Of a DNA stretch of 64,000 nucleotides, positions 1-12,526 are shown piece by piece. The notes under the pieces are model-generated. The model made no database searches. It was not told the origin of the DNA and worked only from the letters and a program-made list of their open reading frames with translations. Origin of the DNA: Callorhinchus milii (Eukaryota); NCBI RefSeq assembly GCF_018977255.1, contig NW_024704744.1, positions 310,001 through 374,000 of the forward strand, in the 5' to 3' direction. Numbering within the stretch: the first letter of the stretch is position 1; the number at the start of each line of letters is the position of its first letter. A program made the position numbers and the translations under genes.

Positions 1-3000
1 GCGTCCCGGAGGGTTTCAAAGTGCCAGAGTCTGACAACGAATCAGGGGCAGAGGGAGTGGGGAGGGAACGGATGTGTGGAAGAGAGGAAAGCTGGGGTTC
101 AATGAGTCTGAGGGTGAGCCCGAGGAGGTTGAGGAGTTCATTCCTGCAGGAGAGAAGACGTTGATGGCAGCCAAAGATTATGGCTTTTGCCTTGCCAACA
201 TTCAGCTGCAGGAAATTTACACTCTCGTGCTCTAACCACTGAGTCATCTGCATACATGTGAAGTTGACCCTATGTCTTTGGATGACACCACCGAGAGGGA
301 GCATGGGGATGAGGAAAAGAAGGGGTCCAAGGATGGAATCTTAGGGTACTCCACAGGTGATCTGATGGGGGTAAGAGGAAAAACTATTGGCCAACATGAA
401 GTGCTGGCGATTGGTTAAGTAGAACTCTAAACCATACGAGTGTGGTCCCACTGAGGTGGATGAAGGAGGAGTTGGGACAAAGGAGTGTAGGTTGGGGCCC
501 ATGGTAGGAGCCGTGGGAAGAGGGGTAGGTGATGGAGAGGGAATGGAGGTGTTGGTCGGAACAGAGGAATTAAAGGTTGCAGAGGTGATCGTTTAGCAGC
601 TTGACGGCTGCATCGGGATCCCTGCATTTGGAAGGCCAGAGGGACAGAAGGATGGGTGGGAGATATCCAAGGATGGGTGAGAGCTTTTTCCATGGACAGA
701 AACATATGTTGGTGGGCTTTGAGGAGGAGAGGGGGATAAAGGAGGAGAGGGAGATGAAGAAGTGGTCAGAGATGGCCTTGCCCATGATGGACAGACCAGA
801 GATGTCTAGGCCATTGATGATGACGAGTCAAGGGGGTGGCCATGCTTGTGGGTCTGGGAACTAATAAGGGGGGTGCAGTTTAAATTGGAGAGTAGGGCAG
901 TGAAGTCAGAGGAAATGGGGCAGGAGGAGTTGAGGTAAAGGTTAAAGTCGCCCATGATGAACATGAGTTCATGTCTCCTCCCTATTTCTCTGCGCCCAGT
1001 GCAGTAGGACAGGGAGGAGACAGGAGGTATCCTTGAGAAGGAGCCAGGAGGATTGGGGGGGATGATAGACCAGGAGAATTTTGAGGGAGAGAGGGAAGAG
1101 ATGGTACAAGGTGAGCTGCTCAAATTGGGCAAATTTAGTAGTGTAGGCAGAGCACCAGCCTAATAAATAAGAGTTTGAGAAAGAGAATAATAATAATAAT
1201 AATTCTTGCATTTGATATAGCATCTTATCACATCTTTGAGAGGTCTCAAAGTGCTTCACAGAATATACTGTAAACTGAATTGACTGTATAATTTGGGGTA
1301 AAATGGGAGAGAAGGAAGGAGATTTCCGAGAGATGTGAAGCTCTTTGGGCAGTGGGTGTGTGGGAATTTGGTGCAGAGGGGAAAGGAGGTGCAGTATAGA
1401 CGCGGTTCACGTCCTCCAGACGTGAAAGGTGTCTATACTGCACTTCCTTTCCCCTCTGCACCAAATTCCCACTCTCACCAAATTCCTATTGGAGAGGCCT
1501 CACTCTGTTCCCAGTTTACTCTGTTCACAGTTTGCTCTGCTGGGCTCTCTGCTCCCAGCACCAGAAGAGGTCACGGGAAGTCAGAGGACAGTTGATCACA
1601 CAGACGGTTAATAGAGCAGCAGTTTCGTCACAAGGGGCCACTGAGACTGAGACCAGAAACAATTAAATACAATATAAAACATTCAGTGAAAGAGCAGGGA
1701 ATGGGATTTCGGATCCAAGTTGGTCGGGATTGGGGTGGAGGGCGGAGGGGAAGCAGGGAGTTTAAGTGGAGGGTCTTGAAGGAGGTAAGGGAGGGAGCGA
1801 GGCGGAGGGACTGCAGGATGTAGTTCCAGAGGGTAGGGGCAGAGTGGTAGAATGCACGCCTGGCAATGGTGGGCAGGCAAGGCGAGGGACATGAAGCAGG
1901 CCGGAGGCCACTGAGCGGAGGGAGTGAGCAGGATGGTAGGGGGTTAGGAAGTCGCAGAGGTCAGGGGGAGCAAGACCATGGAGGGCTTTGAAGATGAGGA
2001 ACAGGATCTTGAACTGCATAAATAAAAGGCAGAGAGGTAGAGTTGGGTGTCATCCATATACATGTGGGAGTTGACCCCATGTCCCCGGATGATGTCACTA
2101 AGTGGGAGCATGTAGAGGGTAAAGAGGAGGGGACGGAGGACAGAGCCCTGAGGAACACCGCACAAGACAGTGCGGGGGGTGGAGGAGAAGCCGTTTGCTG
2201 AGACGAGGTGGAGACGGTGTTAAAGGGAGGACCTGAACCAGTCAAGGACAGAATCTTGAAGGCTGAGGTGGGAGGAGAGGTGACGGAGGAGGATTGAGTA
2301 GTCCACAGTGTCAAAGGCGGCGGAGAGGTTGAAGAGGACGAGGAGGCAGAGGGAGCCCGGATCGCACATGGTCAAGATGTTATTTGTGACCTTGACCAGA
2401 GCAGTTTCCGCGCTGTGGGCAGTACGATTGGAGGGGTTCATTGAGGGAGTGAGAGGAGAAGAAAGAGCGAGGCAATGGCTCTCTCAAGGATCTTGGATAG
2501 GAAAGGGGATTTGAGATGGGCCGGTAGCTGGATAGCTGTGATGGGTCGAGGGAAGGTTTCTTCAAGGTGGGGGTGATGGTGGCTGTTTTGAGCGGGGAAG
2601 GAACAGTGCCAGATGACAGGGAGAGTGATGTCCATGAGTAATGGGGCAAGGAGGCGGAGCTGAGATTTAAGGAGAGGGGTAAGGATGCGGTCGAGGGAGC
2701 AGGTGGTGGGCTTCATGGAGGTTACCGTATTGAAGACAGAGGAGGGGGTGACAGGTTCGAAGGAGGGATGGATAATTGTCGGATGGGTGATTGTGTGGGG
2801 TCGGTGTAGAGAGGGGGTGGAAGTTTGGAGGGCAGTGACTGCTGAGCGGATTCCCTCGATTTTGGACTTGAGTAAGTCCAGCATTTTCTCGCAGTGAGAT
2901 TCAGAGGAAAGTATCTGCGAGGTGTGTCGGGGAGGGCGGAGGAGCTGTTGATGGTGGAGAACAGGAACCTGGGGTTGTCCTTCGCCTCCAGAATTAACCT

Positions 3001-3090
3001 GGTACAGAAGGATGATTTGGCTGAGGCGAGAGCGGAGTGGAAGTTCTTGATGAGGTCCAGCCAGATGTGCCGGTGGACTTTGGAGAAATG
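1..3090 (-). mobile_element. Nested L2 LINE fragments (APE and RT pieces) plus a SINE 3' tail at ~1190-1320
   Basis: Minus-strand ORFs with [29 protein letters not shown] and YMDDTQ. Confidence 0.85.
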
Positions 3091-3284
3091 AAGATGTGAC
3101 AAATGTAAAGTCTTTTTACACAGTTCCACACAGAACCTTCACACGTCATCTGATCAGAGACAGTGACACGAGGCACAAAGTCAAGGGGAAAGAAGCAACA
3201 ATTTAGAGAAGACATTTTACCGGCAGGGTTAACCATGGATTATTGAGGATAATCCTCACTTTGTGCCTCTAGTCACTGTCTCTG

Positions 3285-4000
3285 ACCATAGAAATATAGG
3301 AACAGGAGGAGGCTATTCAGCCCCTCGAGCCTGTTCCACCATTCTATAAGATGGCTGATCTGTACTTCAAGTCCAAGTACCCACGATACCCTGACCGAGC
3401 AAACATCTATCCATCTCAGTCTGGAAGATGTGAATGGATCCAGCTTCCACAGCCTTTTGGGGGAGAGAGTTCCACATTTGCACTATCCTTTGGGTGAAAA
3501 CCTGCCCCTGATTTCACTCCTAAATGGCCAAGCTTTAATTTTAAGATGATGCTCCTTGTTCTGGATTCCCCACCAGAGGAAATAATTTCTCTGTAGCTAC
3601 CCTATCGGATCCCTTTATTATCTTAAAAATCTGAATCAGATCACCCCTCAACCTTCCAAACTGAAGGGAATAGAGACCAAGTTTATGCAACCTGCCCTCA
3701 TACTGTAATCCTTTAAGCCCTGTTATCATTCTGGTGAATCTACACTGCACCCCCTCCAAAGCCAATACATCCTTCCTGAGGTGTGGTGCCCAAAACTGAA
3801 CGCTGTCTCCACATGGGGTGTGACCAAGGCTCTATATAATTAAAGCATCATTTCCTCTCCCTTATATTCCATCCCGCCTGAGATAAACACCAACATCCCA
3901 TTAGACTTTTTGATAACTTTTTGTAACTATGAGCTTGATTTTAGTGATTTGTGTACATGGACACCCAAATCCTTTTGGTCAGATGACGTGTGGAGGTGTG
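3285..4000 (-). mobile_element. CR1 3' fragment
   Basis: LEGVQCRFTRMITGL..RLRGDLI translation and CR1 tail. Confidence 0.8.
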
Positions 4001-4426
4001 GAACTTGGTAAAAAGACTCTTTATATTTGTCACATCTTCACTATCCCAAAGTTTGACAACTCGCATTCAGCTTGGTTTAGTTCAGGTAAAAGACAGAATT
4101 TGGAATTCCTGACCCAGGTGGCTGATCAAATAGATCCAGAATACTGTTTACAGGGAATTAGATACGAGAGGAAAATTATTAAAAGAATTGAGAAAGTAGA
4201 GGTCAATCGGATTGGAGAGCTCCAGGGGGAACGAGCACCAGCACAGACCTGATGGGGAGAGAGAAGGACTAGGGAAACAATGGTCTCCTCTTGTGCTGCA
4301 AACCTAGGATTGGTGACTGTGTAAAGACCTTGGAATAGAGATTAGAGTCTTAGATTGAGCTGCACCAGAAGCTGTGACTTTCCGATGTACCTGGAGAGAG
4401 ATTATGATGACTATTCAACAACAACA

Positions 4427-5893
4427 ACTTGCATTTATAGTGCCCTTCACACCGGACGACATCTCACAGAGCTTAACAATGGCGGAAGCCAAGCCAGGGG
4501 GAGGGGGAAGGTAACTGTAGGTGTGGTTGAAGAGAATGGTCTTCAGGCGCGATCTGAAGATGAGGAAGGAGGGGACGAGACGAAGGGGTTGAGGGATGGT
4601 GTTCCAAAGTTTCGGGGTGTAGTGGCTGAAGGCACGGCGGCCGATGGTGGAGCGGAGGATTTAGGGGACGTGGAAGAGGCCGGACCCAGCAGAGTGGAGG
4701 CAGAGTGTATTGCTGTGGGGAGAAAGGAGGTTAGAGAGATGGGAGGTCAAGGAATGGAGGGATTTAAACTCTAGAGTGAGGATCTTGAAGTGGATCCGTC
4801 CTGTGACAGGAGCCAGTGGAGTTTGGCAAGAACTGGAGTAATCGGGGTACGGAGTTTTGTGCGGGTGAGAATGCGAGCGGCAGAGTTTTGAATGACGATT
4901 TTGTGAATAGTGGAGGAGGGGAGGCCGGCGAGGAGGGGTTAGAGTCGTCCAACCTAGAGGAGAGAAAGGCACGGACAAGGGTTTCGGCAGCTTTAGGGGT
5001 GAGGTATTGTCGGAGACGGGCAATGTGACGGAGGTGGAAGAAAGCGGTGCTGGTCAGGGACCAGATATGGGAGAGGAAGAGTAACTGGGGTTCGAAGCTG
5101 ATGCCCAAGTTGCGCACGGGTTCAGAGAGTTTTAAGCACAGATTGTGTAGGTTGAGGAGCTCAGAACCGTTGTACAGAAGATGTTGGCGAGAGCCAAAGG
5201 CTATGGCTTCCTTCTTGTTGATGTTTAACTCCAGGAAATTTGTGCTCATCCAGCTCCCGATGTCCGACAGACAAGCTGACAGAACATCAGGGGACTGGGA
5301 ATCGCAGCTGGAAAGTAGAGTTGAGTGTCATCCGCATACATGTGAAAGTTAACCTCGTGTCTGCGGATGACATCACCGAGAGGAAGCATATAGATGAGGA
5401 AGAGAAGGGGCCAAGGATAGATCCTTGGGGTATCTGTCCCGCAGGTGACTGGGTGGAAGCGAGAAGAAAAGCCATTTGCAGAAATGTAGTGCTGGCGATT
5501 TGTAAGGTAGGACTCGAACCAAGCAAGTGGTTGGTTCCTCCACCTGTCCTCCACCATCTATCCCACTGAGATAGATGGTGGAGGACAGGCGGTGGAGGAG
5601 GATGGCGAGATCGACTGTGTCGAACGCGGCGGAGAGGTCCAGGAGGACAAGGAGGTAGAGGGAGTCCTGGTCACAGATAGAGAGGATGTCATTTGTGACC
5701 TTCACGAGCGCTGTCTCTGTACTGTGGTCAGTCAGGGTGGAAACCGGACTGGAGGGGCTTGAGTAGGGTATGGAGGGAGAGACATCCACAAAGTTGTTTG
5801 GCAACAACGTATTCCAGAACTTTGGCAAGAAAGGGCAGGTTTGAGATAGGGCGGGAGTGGCCGAGGTTGGAGAGATCAAGAGTAAGTTTTTTA
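4427..5893 (-). mobile_element. 5'-truncated L2 LINE inserted in the gene A intron
   Basis: RT motifs ([24 protein letters not shown]); it splits sequence that is contiguous in gene B (tattca|gacactttcc at ~45920). Confidence 0.85.
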
Positions 5894-5936
5894 AGACACT
5901 TTCCATTCAAAGCCACTGACATTGTTTATTTCACAG

Positions 5937-6009
5937 ACTTGTCTCAGACACCCCGGGACAGCAGCTCAACTCCAGAAGATATCACTGTCTTTGCTTCAGC
6001 ATCAAAATG
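5937..6009 (+). CDS. Gene A (paralog) stalk exon, (D)LSQTPRDSSSTPEDITVFASASK
   Basis: Acceptor ttgtttatttcacag| and donor atg|gtgagt; phase 1 in, phase 2 out; homologous to 45968-46038, including the flanking intron. Confidence 0.75.
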
Positions 6010-6110
6010 GTGAGTTCACCTCTTTTCAGTGAGTATTTGTTACAACACCAGGAGGTCCAGTCACTGGGTCAGGGTCCTGGTAACAGATATGTCTGTCTTT
6101 GAGGGTCACA

Positions 6111-6735
6111 GGGCCAATCACAGGGAGTGTTGGAGGCCTGTCACGGGGAGTGTTGGGGGCCTGTCAGGGGGAGTGTTGGGGGCCTGTCAGGGGGAGTGTT
6201 GGGGTCCTGTCAGGGGGAGTGTTGGGGGCCTGTCACGAGGAGTGTCAGGGGCCTGTCACGGGGAGTGTTAGGGGCCTGTCATGGGGAGTATTGGAGGGCT
6301 GTCACGGGGTGTGTGGGAGGCCTGTCATGGGGAGTGTTCGGGGCCTCTCACGGGGAGTGTTTGAGGCCTGTCACGGGGAGTGTCAGGGGCTTGTCATGGG
6401 GAGTGTCGGGTGCCTGCCACTGGGAGTGTCGGGGGCCTGTCACGGGGAGTGTTGGGGGCCTGTCACGGGGAGTGTTGGAGGTCTGTCATGGGGAGTGTTG
6501 GAGGCCTGTCATGGGGAGTGTCGGGTGCCTATCACGGGGAGTGTCGGTGGCCTGTCACAGGGAGTGTTGGGTGCCTGTCACGGGGAGTGTTAGGGGCTTG
6601 TCATGGGGAGTGTTGGGGCTGTCATGGGAGGTGTCTGGGAGTTGGGCCTGTCACGGGGAGTGTTGGTGGCCTGTCACAGGGAGTGTTGGGGGCCTGTCAC
6701 GGGGAGTGTTGGAGGCCTGTCAGGGGGAGTGTTGA
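6111..6735. repeat. 21-bp minisatellite (ggcctgtcacggggagtgttg)n, about 30 copies
   Basis: Direct inspection. Confidence 0.9.
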
Positions 6736-8902
6736 AAAATGCTTCTGTTCCTTTTGAAAGTACAAGACGATGTGATTGCTGATGAGCCGCGGCCGGTTAT
6801 GTTGGGCCGTCGTGAAGTGAGACAGCACTGTAGGGTAGTTAGATACCTACAGTAAGTGGCAGCATCAGTGGAGCAACAAGATGGTTGAGAGAGGGCAAAT
6901 GTGCATTGCCTTGTTATTTCAAACACTGGCTGGATTGTAGAATCTCCGGGTGTGTAAGGAACGAATGAGAAATTAATAACAGGATAAATCTAATTCAATA
7001 ATCATTTCACCATTTAATATTCGTTTTGAGAATTCCCCGATTCTCCAGCAGTATCCTGGAGATTAATGCTTACAACCTGGAGATGCCAGGACAATCCTGA
7101 AGGGTTGGTAACCCTACTTACTGTACCAAAATAGCTGCTACTTGGAAATACACAATCAGTACATTAGATAGTAGTGTTGAGGCAGCTTTACTGTGTCTAA
7201 CCTGTGCTGGATGGACAGTGTAGAGGCAGCGTTACTGTGTCTAACTGGTGCTGCAGGCAATGTAGAGGGGGTTTTGCAATGTTTGCAGCTCCAGACAATA
7301 AGGACAAGGTGGAGGGGAAGGGAGGCAGCAGTCACTGAGACCCCTCATGGATCTGTCGCAAACACCAGACTCGTCCAACACTCTCACCAACACAAAGGGA
7401 AGCTTCGAGCCATGAACGACAACAAACTTGCAATACAGTTAACATTTATACACTTTCATGTGGGGAGGACTCCCCAAGGCACCTCCTCGTTCTATCTGGG
7501 CTCCGAACCTGGGTGTGGGAGCCGAGGAAGTGCGGAGGGAAAATTTGGGGGTGTTAGGTTCGCGGAACCTGGGGCAGGAGACTTCAGCCAGCAGAAGGGG
7601 ATGGCTCTTGTGTAGTTGGGCTCTGTTATGGATTGATGCCACCCACTGATCCCGCTCCATTCCCAAATAACCTGCCTGGTTTATGCACAACAACAGTAGC
7701 ACTAAATGTGGCACCTTTCTATAGATGTCATTTTGTTGTTGTTGTTTCACGTCAGAAGGATGTCCCATGACGCAGAGTATTTTGGGGGGCAGGAGGAGTT
7801 AATGTGGAGGGGGAGGTTGTGGGATGAGAAGAGGGAGAAGGAGTCGGCAGAGGTGATAGGGGAGAAGTGGAGGTTGAAGTCACACAAGATGAGAAGGCGT
7901 TCAGAACAGAGGCAGAGACAAGGTAGGAGGGTGGAGATGTCAGAGAGGAAACTGCAGGCCAGTTTGGGGGACGAATGATGAGAATTTTAAGGGAAATATT
8001 GCAAGGATGATAGAGAATACAGTGCTTGAAGGAAGGGAAGAGTAACAGGAAAGAAGACTGAAAGGATCCAGATGAGAAAGGGTGAAGACCCAGTAAAGAT
8101 AATTGAGTCGTTGGGTGTGGTGAAATGAGTAACCGTATAGGCTGAGATATGGTCAACCCACTGACATGAGGAGTGATAAGGAGAGCAGTGCAGGAGGGTG
8201 GCAGAGCCTCGGGCACTGGGAACAGAGCTCATAATTTTCAGTTTTCAAAATGATGAGGGGATTCGATAGGGTGAACAAGGAGAAACTATTCCCACTGGCA
8301 GGTGGGTCGGTAACCCGAGGGCACTGATTTAATATAGTTGATAAAAGAAACAGAGGGGAGTGGAGGGAGGAGAAATGTTTTTACACAGCGAGTTGTTGGG
8401 ATCTGGAATGCATTGCCTGAAAGGCACGTGGAAGCCACTTCAATAACAACTGTTAAAGAAAGTAATTATTTGGGGAGGACAAGTTTGCAGGGCTATGGGG
8501 AGTGGGGTTGTTTTGGAAGCTCTTTTCAGCGTTAGCACACACACAATGGGTCGAATGGCCTCCTTCTGTATAATTCTATGATTCTATGATAATTGGAAAC
8601 AAGTTTAAAAATTATTTAGTACCTCCTCCCTCCTCTCTGAAATTCCCACTCTCGCCAAATTCCTCTACTGGAAGTCTCACTCTGTTCCCACCTCCCTGTT
8701 CTCAGCTTGCTTTGCTGGGCTCACTGCTGTTACATTTGCAGTGGTACTGACTTTCTCCAAGGAGGCTTCCAGTGTCTCTATAAAGGCCTCTGCTTTCATC
8801 TCATATCCCTCCTTCTCTTTTGGTTACCTTGACAGGACCCGATTAACAGCTGAGTGGCTTGTGGCTGTCGCCCCAGACTCATGACACCTTCATTTTCAGA
8901 AG

Positions 8903-11900
8903 CGATAATGTCCTGACCCGAGCCCCCTCACCCCTTCCCTCCCGCCACCCTCCTCTCTCCCCCCAAACCCTCCCCCCTCTGCATCTCTCCCGCTCTCTCC
9001 TCCTCTCTCTCCGTCCCTCTCGTCTTCTATCCCCACTTGACCCTCCCACAATCTCCCTCTGTTCCAGCCTGGGAATCCTCCGCCGGGCGCACCGTGGCAC
9101 TCGGCGTTGGCTGTCCAGCAGCAGCCACACCGACTGCCCCATTCCCCACCACACTCGCCACCCACCCCGGGCACAGACCCGGGGAGTCAACCTCTCCTCC
9201 CTCATCCCCATTCCCCCACCCCTGCCTCACAACCTGGACCCCCCTCCCCTCCCACACACCCTTCTGTCAACCGCTCCCTCCACATCGCACTGCAAAATGT
9301 CCGCTCCCTCTGCAACAAGGCTCTGGTCATCAACGATCTCATCCTTGATGAGAACGTTGATATCATGGCCTTGACTGAAACGTGGCTCACCCCAGGGACA
9401 CCTTCCCCCTCACGGAGGCCACGCCACCCGGCTACACCTCCCACCACATCCCCCGCCCCAACCGCCGTGGCGATGGTGTTGCCCTTATCTCAAGGACACC
9501 ACTTGCCCTATCCCCCTACTCCACTGGCTCTTTCCCCTCCTTTGAGCACCTCACCCTCTCCCACCCCTCATTCCTCTCACTCAAAATCCTCCTCCTCTAC
9601 CGGCCCCTAAAACCTCTCCCACCTTCATCTCTGACATTTCAACACTCCTCACATCTCTTTGCCTCTGCTCCGATCGCCTCATCATCCTGGGCGACTTTAA
9701 CCTACACTTCACCCCCTCCTGCTCCATCTCCACAGACTTCTCTTCCCTGCTCTCCTCACTCAACCTCTCCCTCCACATCAACTCCCTCACTCACAGTCAC
9801 GGCCACCCACTCGATTTGGTGATCACCCGGGGCCTCAGTGTCTCGGATGTCACTATTACCGACAAGGCCATCTCTGACCACCACTTCATCTCCTTCACCA
9901 CCTCCACCCCCCTCCCCACCTCCACCAGACCCACCACCATCTTCTACCGCTCCTGGAAGAAGTTAACCCCACAATCCCTAACCGATGCCTTGGAGTCCTC
10001 TGAACTCCTCTCCCTCTGGCCTTCAACCCTCACCGACCCCACTTCTCCTCTCTCCCTCCTCCACAATACCCTCTCCTCCACACTCGATACTCTTGCCCCC
10101 ATCACTTTCCGCACTGTCTCCTACTCCCGCTCCTCCCCCTGGTACACCACCCACCTCCGCTCACTGAAAAGCCAGGTGCGGGCTGCTGAACGCACCTGTG
10201 TCAAATCTGGCCTAACGGTCCACCCTCCAACTTCCACCCACCACCCACCCCTTCCCTCCCACACTCCGACTCCTACCCATCCTCCCCTACACACCTTCGT
10301 ACCCGTTTCCCCACCCTCTGTCACTGAACTCATCCTATCCCTAAAACCAACCACCTGCTCCCTTGACCCCATCCCCACTCCACTCCTTATCTCCCAGCTC
10401 CACTTTCTTGCCCCACATATCACTGACATCATCAACCTGTCCCTCTCCTCTGGCTCTGTCCCCATTCCATTAAAAACTGCCACCATCACGCCCACCCTGA
10501 AAAAACCCTCCCTTGATGCGTCGCAGCTATCAAGCTACCGGCCCATCTCCAACCTCCCCTTTCTCTCCAAGGTCTTGGAAAGAGTTGTCGCCTCCCAACT
10601 GCGCTCTTTCCTTTCCACCTATTCTCTTTTCGAACCCCTTCAGTCAGGTTTCCGTGCTGCCCATAGCACAGAAACTGCCCTGGTCAAGGTCACCAATGAT
10701 ATCCTGACCATCTGTGACCAGGGCTCCCTCTGTCTCCTCGTCCTCCTCGACCTATCGGCAGCATTCGATACGGTCGACCACGCTATCCTACTCCACCGCT
10801 TGTCCTCCCACCTCAACCTTCAAGGCACTGTCCTTGAATGGTTTAGGTCGTACCTTTCTCACCGTCTTCACTTTGTCTCGACGAATGGCTTCTCCTCCAC
10901 CCCCCGCACTGTCTCATGTGGTGTCCCTCAGGGCTCTGTCCTTGGTCCCCTCCTCTTCACCCTCTATATGCTCCCCCTTGGTGACATCATCCGCAGACAT
11001 GGAGTTAACTTCCACATGTATGCGGATGACACCCAACTCTACCTTTCCTCCTCTACTCTCAACTCCACGACCACCGATGTCCTGACAGCTGTCTGTCCGA
11101 CATCGAGTCCTGGACGAGAGACAACTTTCTTCAGCTCAACGTGCGAAAAACCGAGGCCCTCCTGATTGGCTCACGTCAGCGCCTCCGCACCTCAGGCGCT
11201 GACACCATCAGCATCCAAGGCTGCACTCTCCACCTCTCAAAGCCAGTCAGGAACCTCGGCGTTTTGTTCGACCCTGAGCTGTCCTTTCTCCCTCACATCC
11301 GCACCACAACTGGCACCGCCTTCCATCACCTCCGGAACATCGCCAGACTACGGCACTACCTCACCCCTCACGCTGCTGAAACTCTGGTTCACGCCTTTGT
11401 CACCTCAAGGCTGGACTATGGGAACTCTCTCCTCTCCGGCCTTCCCGGCCCTCCCTCCACACTGCAGGTCATTCAGAACTCTGCAGCTGTCCCGCACCAG
11501 GCTTCGGGACCACATCACTCCCACCCTCGCTCGCCTCCACTGGCTCCCCATCCCCCAGAGGATTGATTTCAAGATCCTCATCCTCACCTACAAGGCCATT
11601 CACGGCCTTGCTCCCTCCTACCTCTCCAACCTACTATCCCCCTACCTACCTGCCCGTACCCTCCGTTCCTCTGGCTCCGGTCTGCTCCACGTCCCCCGCC
11701 CCAACCGCCCTACCATCGGTGGTCGGGCCTTCAGCCTCTCAGCCCCAGGCTCTGGAACTCCATCCCCCAGTGCCTTCGCCGCTTCCTCCCTTTCCTCCTT
11801 CAAGGCCGGTCTCAAAACCTTTCTCTTTGACCGTGACTTCAGCTCCCCTCTCGACTCTCTTCCCCTCCTCGCTCCCTCCCTTCCCTCCCCTCACCCTGAC

Positions 11901-12055
11901 CATTTCCCCCCTCCTCTCTCCCTCCCTTCCCTTCCCTCACCCTGACCATTTCCCCCCTGCTCGGGTCATGACCCAACTGTGCAGCACCTTGGGACGTCCT
12001 CCTGACGTGAAAGGCGCTTTATAAATGGAATCTTGTTGTTGTTTTTGTTGTTGTC
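8903..12055 (+). mobile_element. Near-complete L2-clade LINE ORF2 (APE endonuclease + reverse transcriptase), frameshifted, (TTG)n tail
   Basis: QNVRSL..DIMALTETWL and GDFN-type APE region; [35 protein letters not shown] and YADDTQ in ORF 9816-11165; HWLPI..RIDFKI; 3' tail. Confidence 0.93.
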
Positions 12056-12060
12056 CTCAG

Positions 12061-12136
12061 CTCCATCATCATATTTGTTGTTGTGACTGTGCTGTGTCCA
12101 GCCATCGGGGTCTTGATGCTTAGACTTGGGAGTTAG
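12061..12136 (+). CDS. Gene A terminal hydrophobic exon, (C)SIIIFVVVTVLCPAIGVLMLRLGS* (TM or GPI signal)
   Basis: Acceptor ttgttgtcctcag|; phase-2 entry matches the 6009 donor; 19 hydrophobic residues, then RLGS and stop. Confidence 0.7.
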
Positions 12137-12520
12137 CAAGTGGTGACATCGCTGTCACCTCCTCCACCTTCAGACACTCAACTGCTTCTCCTGTTGTGAA
12201 TCCATGGTTTGGGTCTTGTCAGTGTCCAGTGTCTGGTCCGGCTCTGCAGGTGATGGTGAGCTACACCGCGGTGAGTGACCCACACACAGTCACCACTGCC
12301 CATGTTATTACCTTTTGTTGGGTTTGAAGGCACGGTTGGCAGTGGAGGTAACCACTCTTTAAAATCTGAGATGAATGTTGTTGCCAGAAAAGACCAGTTT
12401 ATTCTGTTTGCTGCAATTTTATATGAGAACCCGTGAACAAGGGAACCAAAGTTACTTGAATCTTATAGTTTAAAGCTCAATTAATTGATAAGGAGGAGGC
12501 ATATACCTTTGCATTAGTTC

Positions 12521-12526
12521 AATAAA
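12521..12526 (+). terminator. Candidate polyadenylation signal of gene A
   Basis: AATAAA about 385 nt after the TAG at 12134-12136. Confidence 0.35.

Noticed and set aside
6029-6757. Long ORFs over tandem repeats (also 17321-22032, 33086-40655, 43166-43873, 61132-63860)
   Set aside because: They are stop-free translations of periodic DNA, open in several frames, with no splice or domain support.
6826-6852. Hairpin actgtagggta-gttaga-tacctacagt as a miRNA
   Set aside because: The stem is only about 10 bp, too short for a pre-miRNA, and I do not recognise a mature sequence.
9816-11165. Active L2 or host RT gene
   Set aside because: ORF2 is broken by frameshifts on both sides and has internal deletions.
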